Of a stretch of DNA of 64,000 nt, positions 63,842 to 64,000 are shown in pieces. The notes under the pieces are model-generated. The model was not told the DNA's origin, did no database searches, and saw nothing but the letters and a program-made list of their open reading frames with translations. This DNA is from the human T2T-CHM13v2.0 reference genome, Homo sapiens. The first letter of the stretch is position 1. Each line of letters begins with the position of its first letter. A program made the position numbers and the translations under genes. The DNA is taken from NCBI RefSeq assembly GCF_009914755.1, contig NC_060936.1; one strand, 5' to 3'.

Positions 63842-64000
63842 AAACACAAACATAGTTGTTACGTCAATTGTTATTGACAAAAGTCTAGAAATTAAATGAA
63901 TGTGTGTGTGATTTATTTTTATTAATTCTAAAAAATAAAAGTTGCCAGCTCTTAATGGTATCACATCATTATGTTGAATCTGAATCCTCCACATTGCCGA

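Overview
Human genomic DNA (a human-specific AluYb8 is present) from the Dectin-1 cluster of the NK gene complex (12p13). Left to right: (1) an unprocessed, disabled duplicate of CLEC1B/CLEC-2 exons 2-6 on the + strand (5532-12039); (2) the complete CLEC9A/DNGR-1 CDS on + (six coding exons, 19098-32045, 726 nt = 241 aa); (3) CLEC1A/MelLec coding exons 2-6 on - (55901 down to 37745; exon 1 lies beyond the right edge), convergent with CLEC9A. The rest is intron/intergenic DNA rich in Alu, L1, L2/MIR, Tigger1, MER6, MaLR and ERV1 LTRs, plus a tailless 7SK retrocopy. The most interesting structure is the dead CLEC-2 copy lying co-oriented upstream of CLEC9A. It has distinct lesions in three exons but one splice-intact lectin exon, which appears to be reused as a uORF-laden CLEC9A 5'UTR exon. 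Its exon phases also allow in-frame chimeras with CLEC9A. No prokaryotic-type systems (CRISPR, operons, rRNA/tRNA) are present. Comparisons to reference proteins and repeat consensuses are from memory, not database searches.
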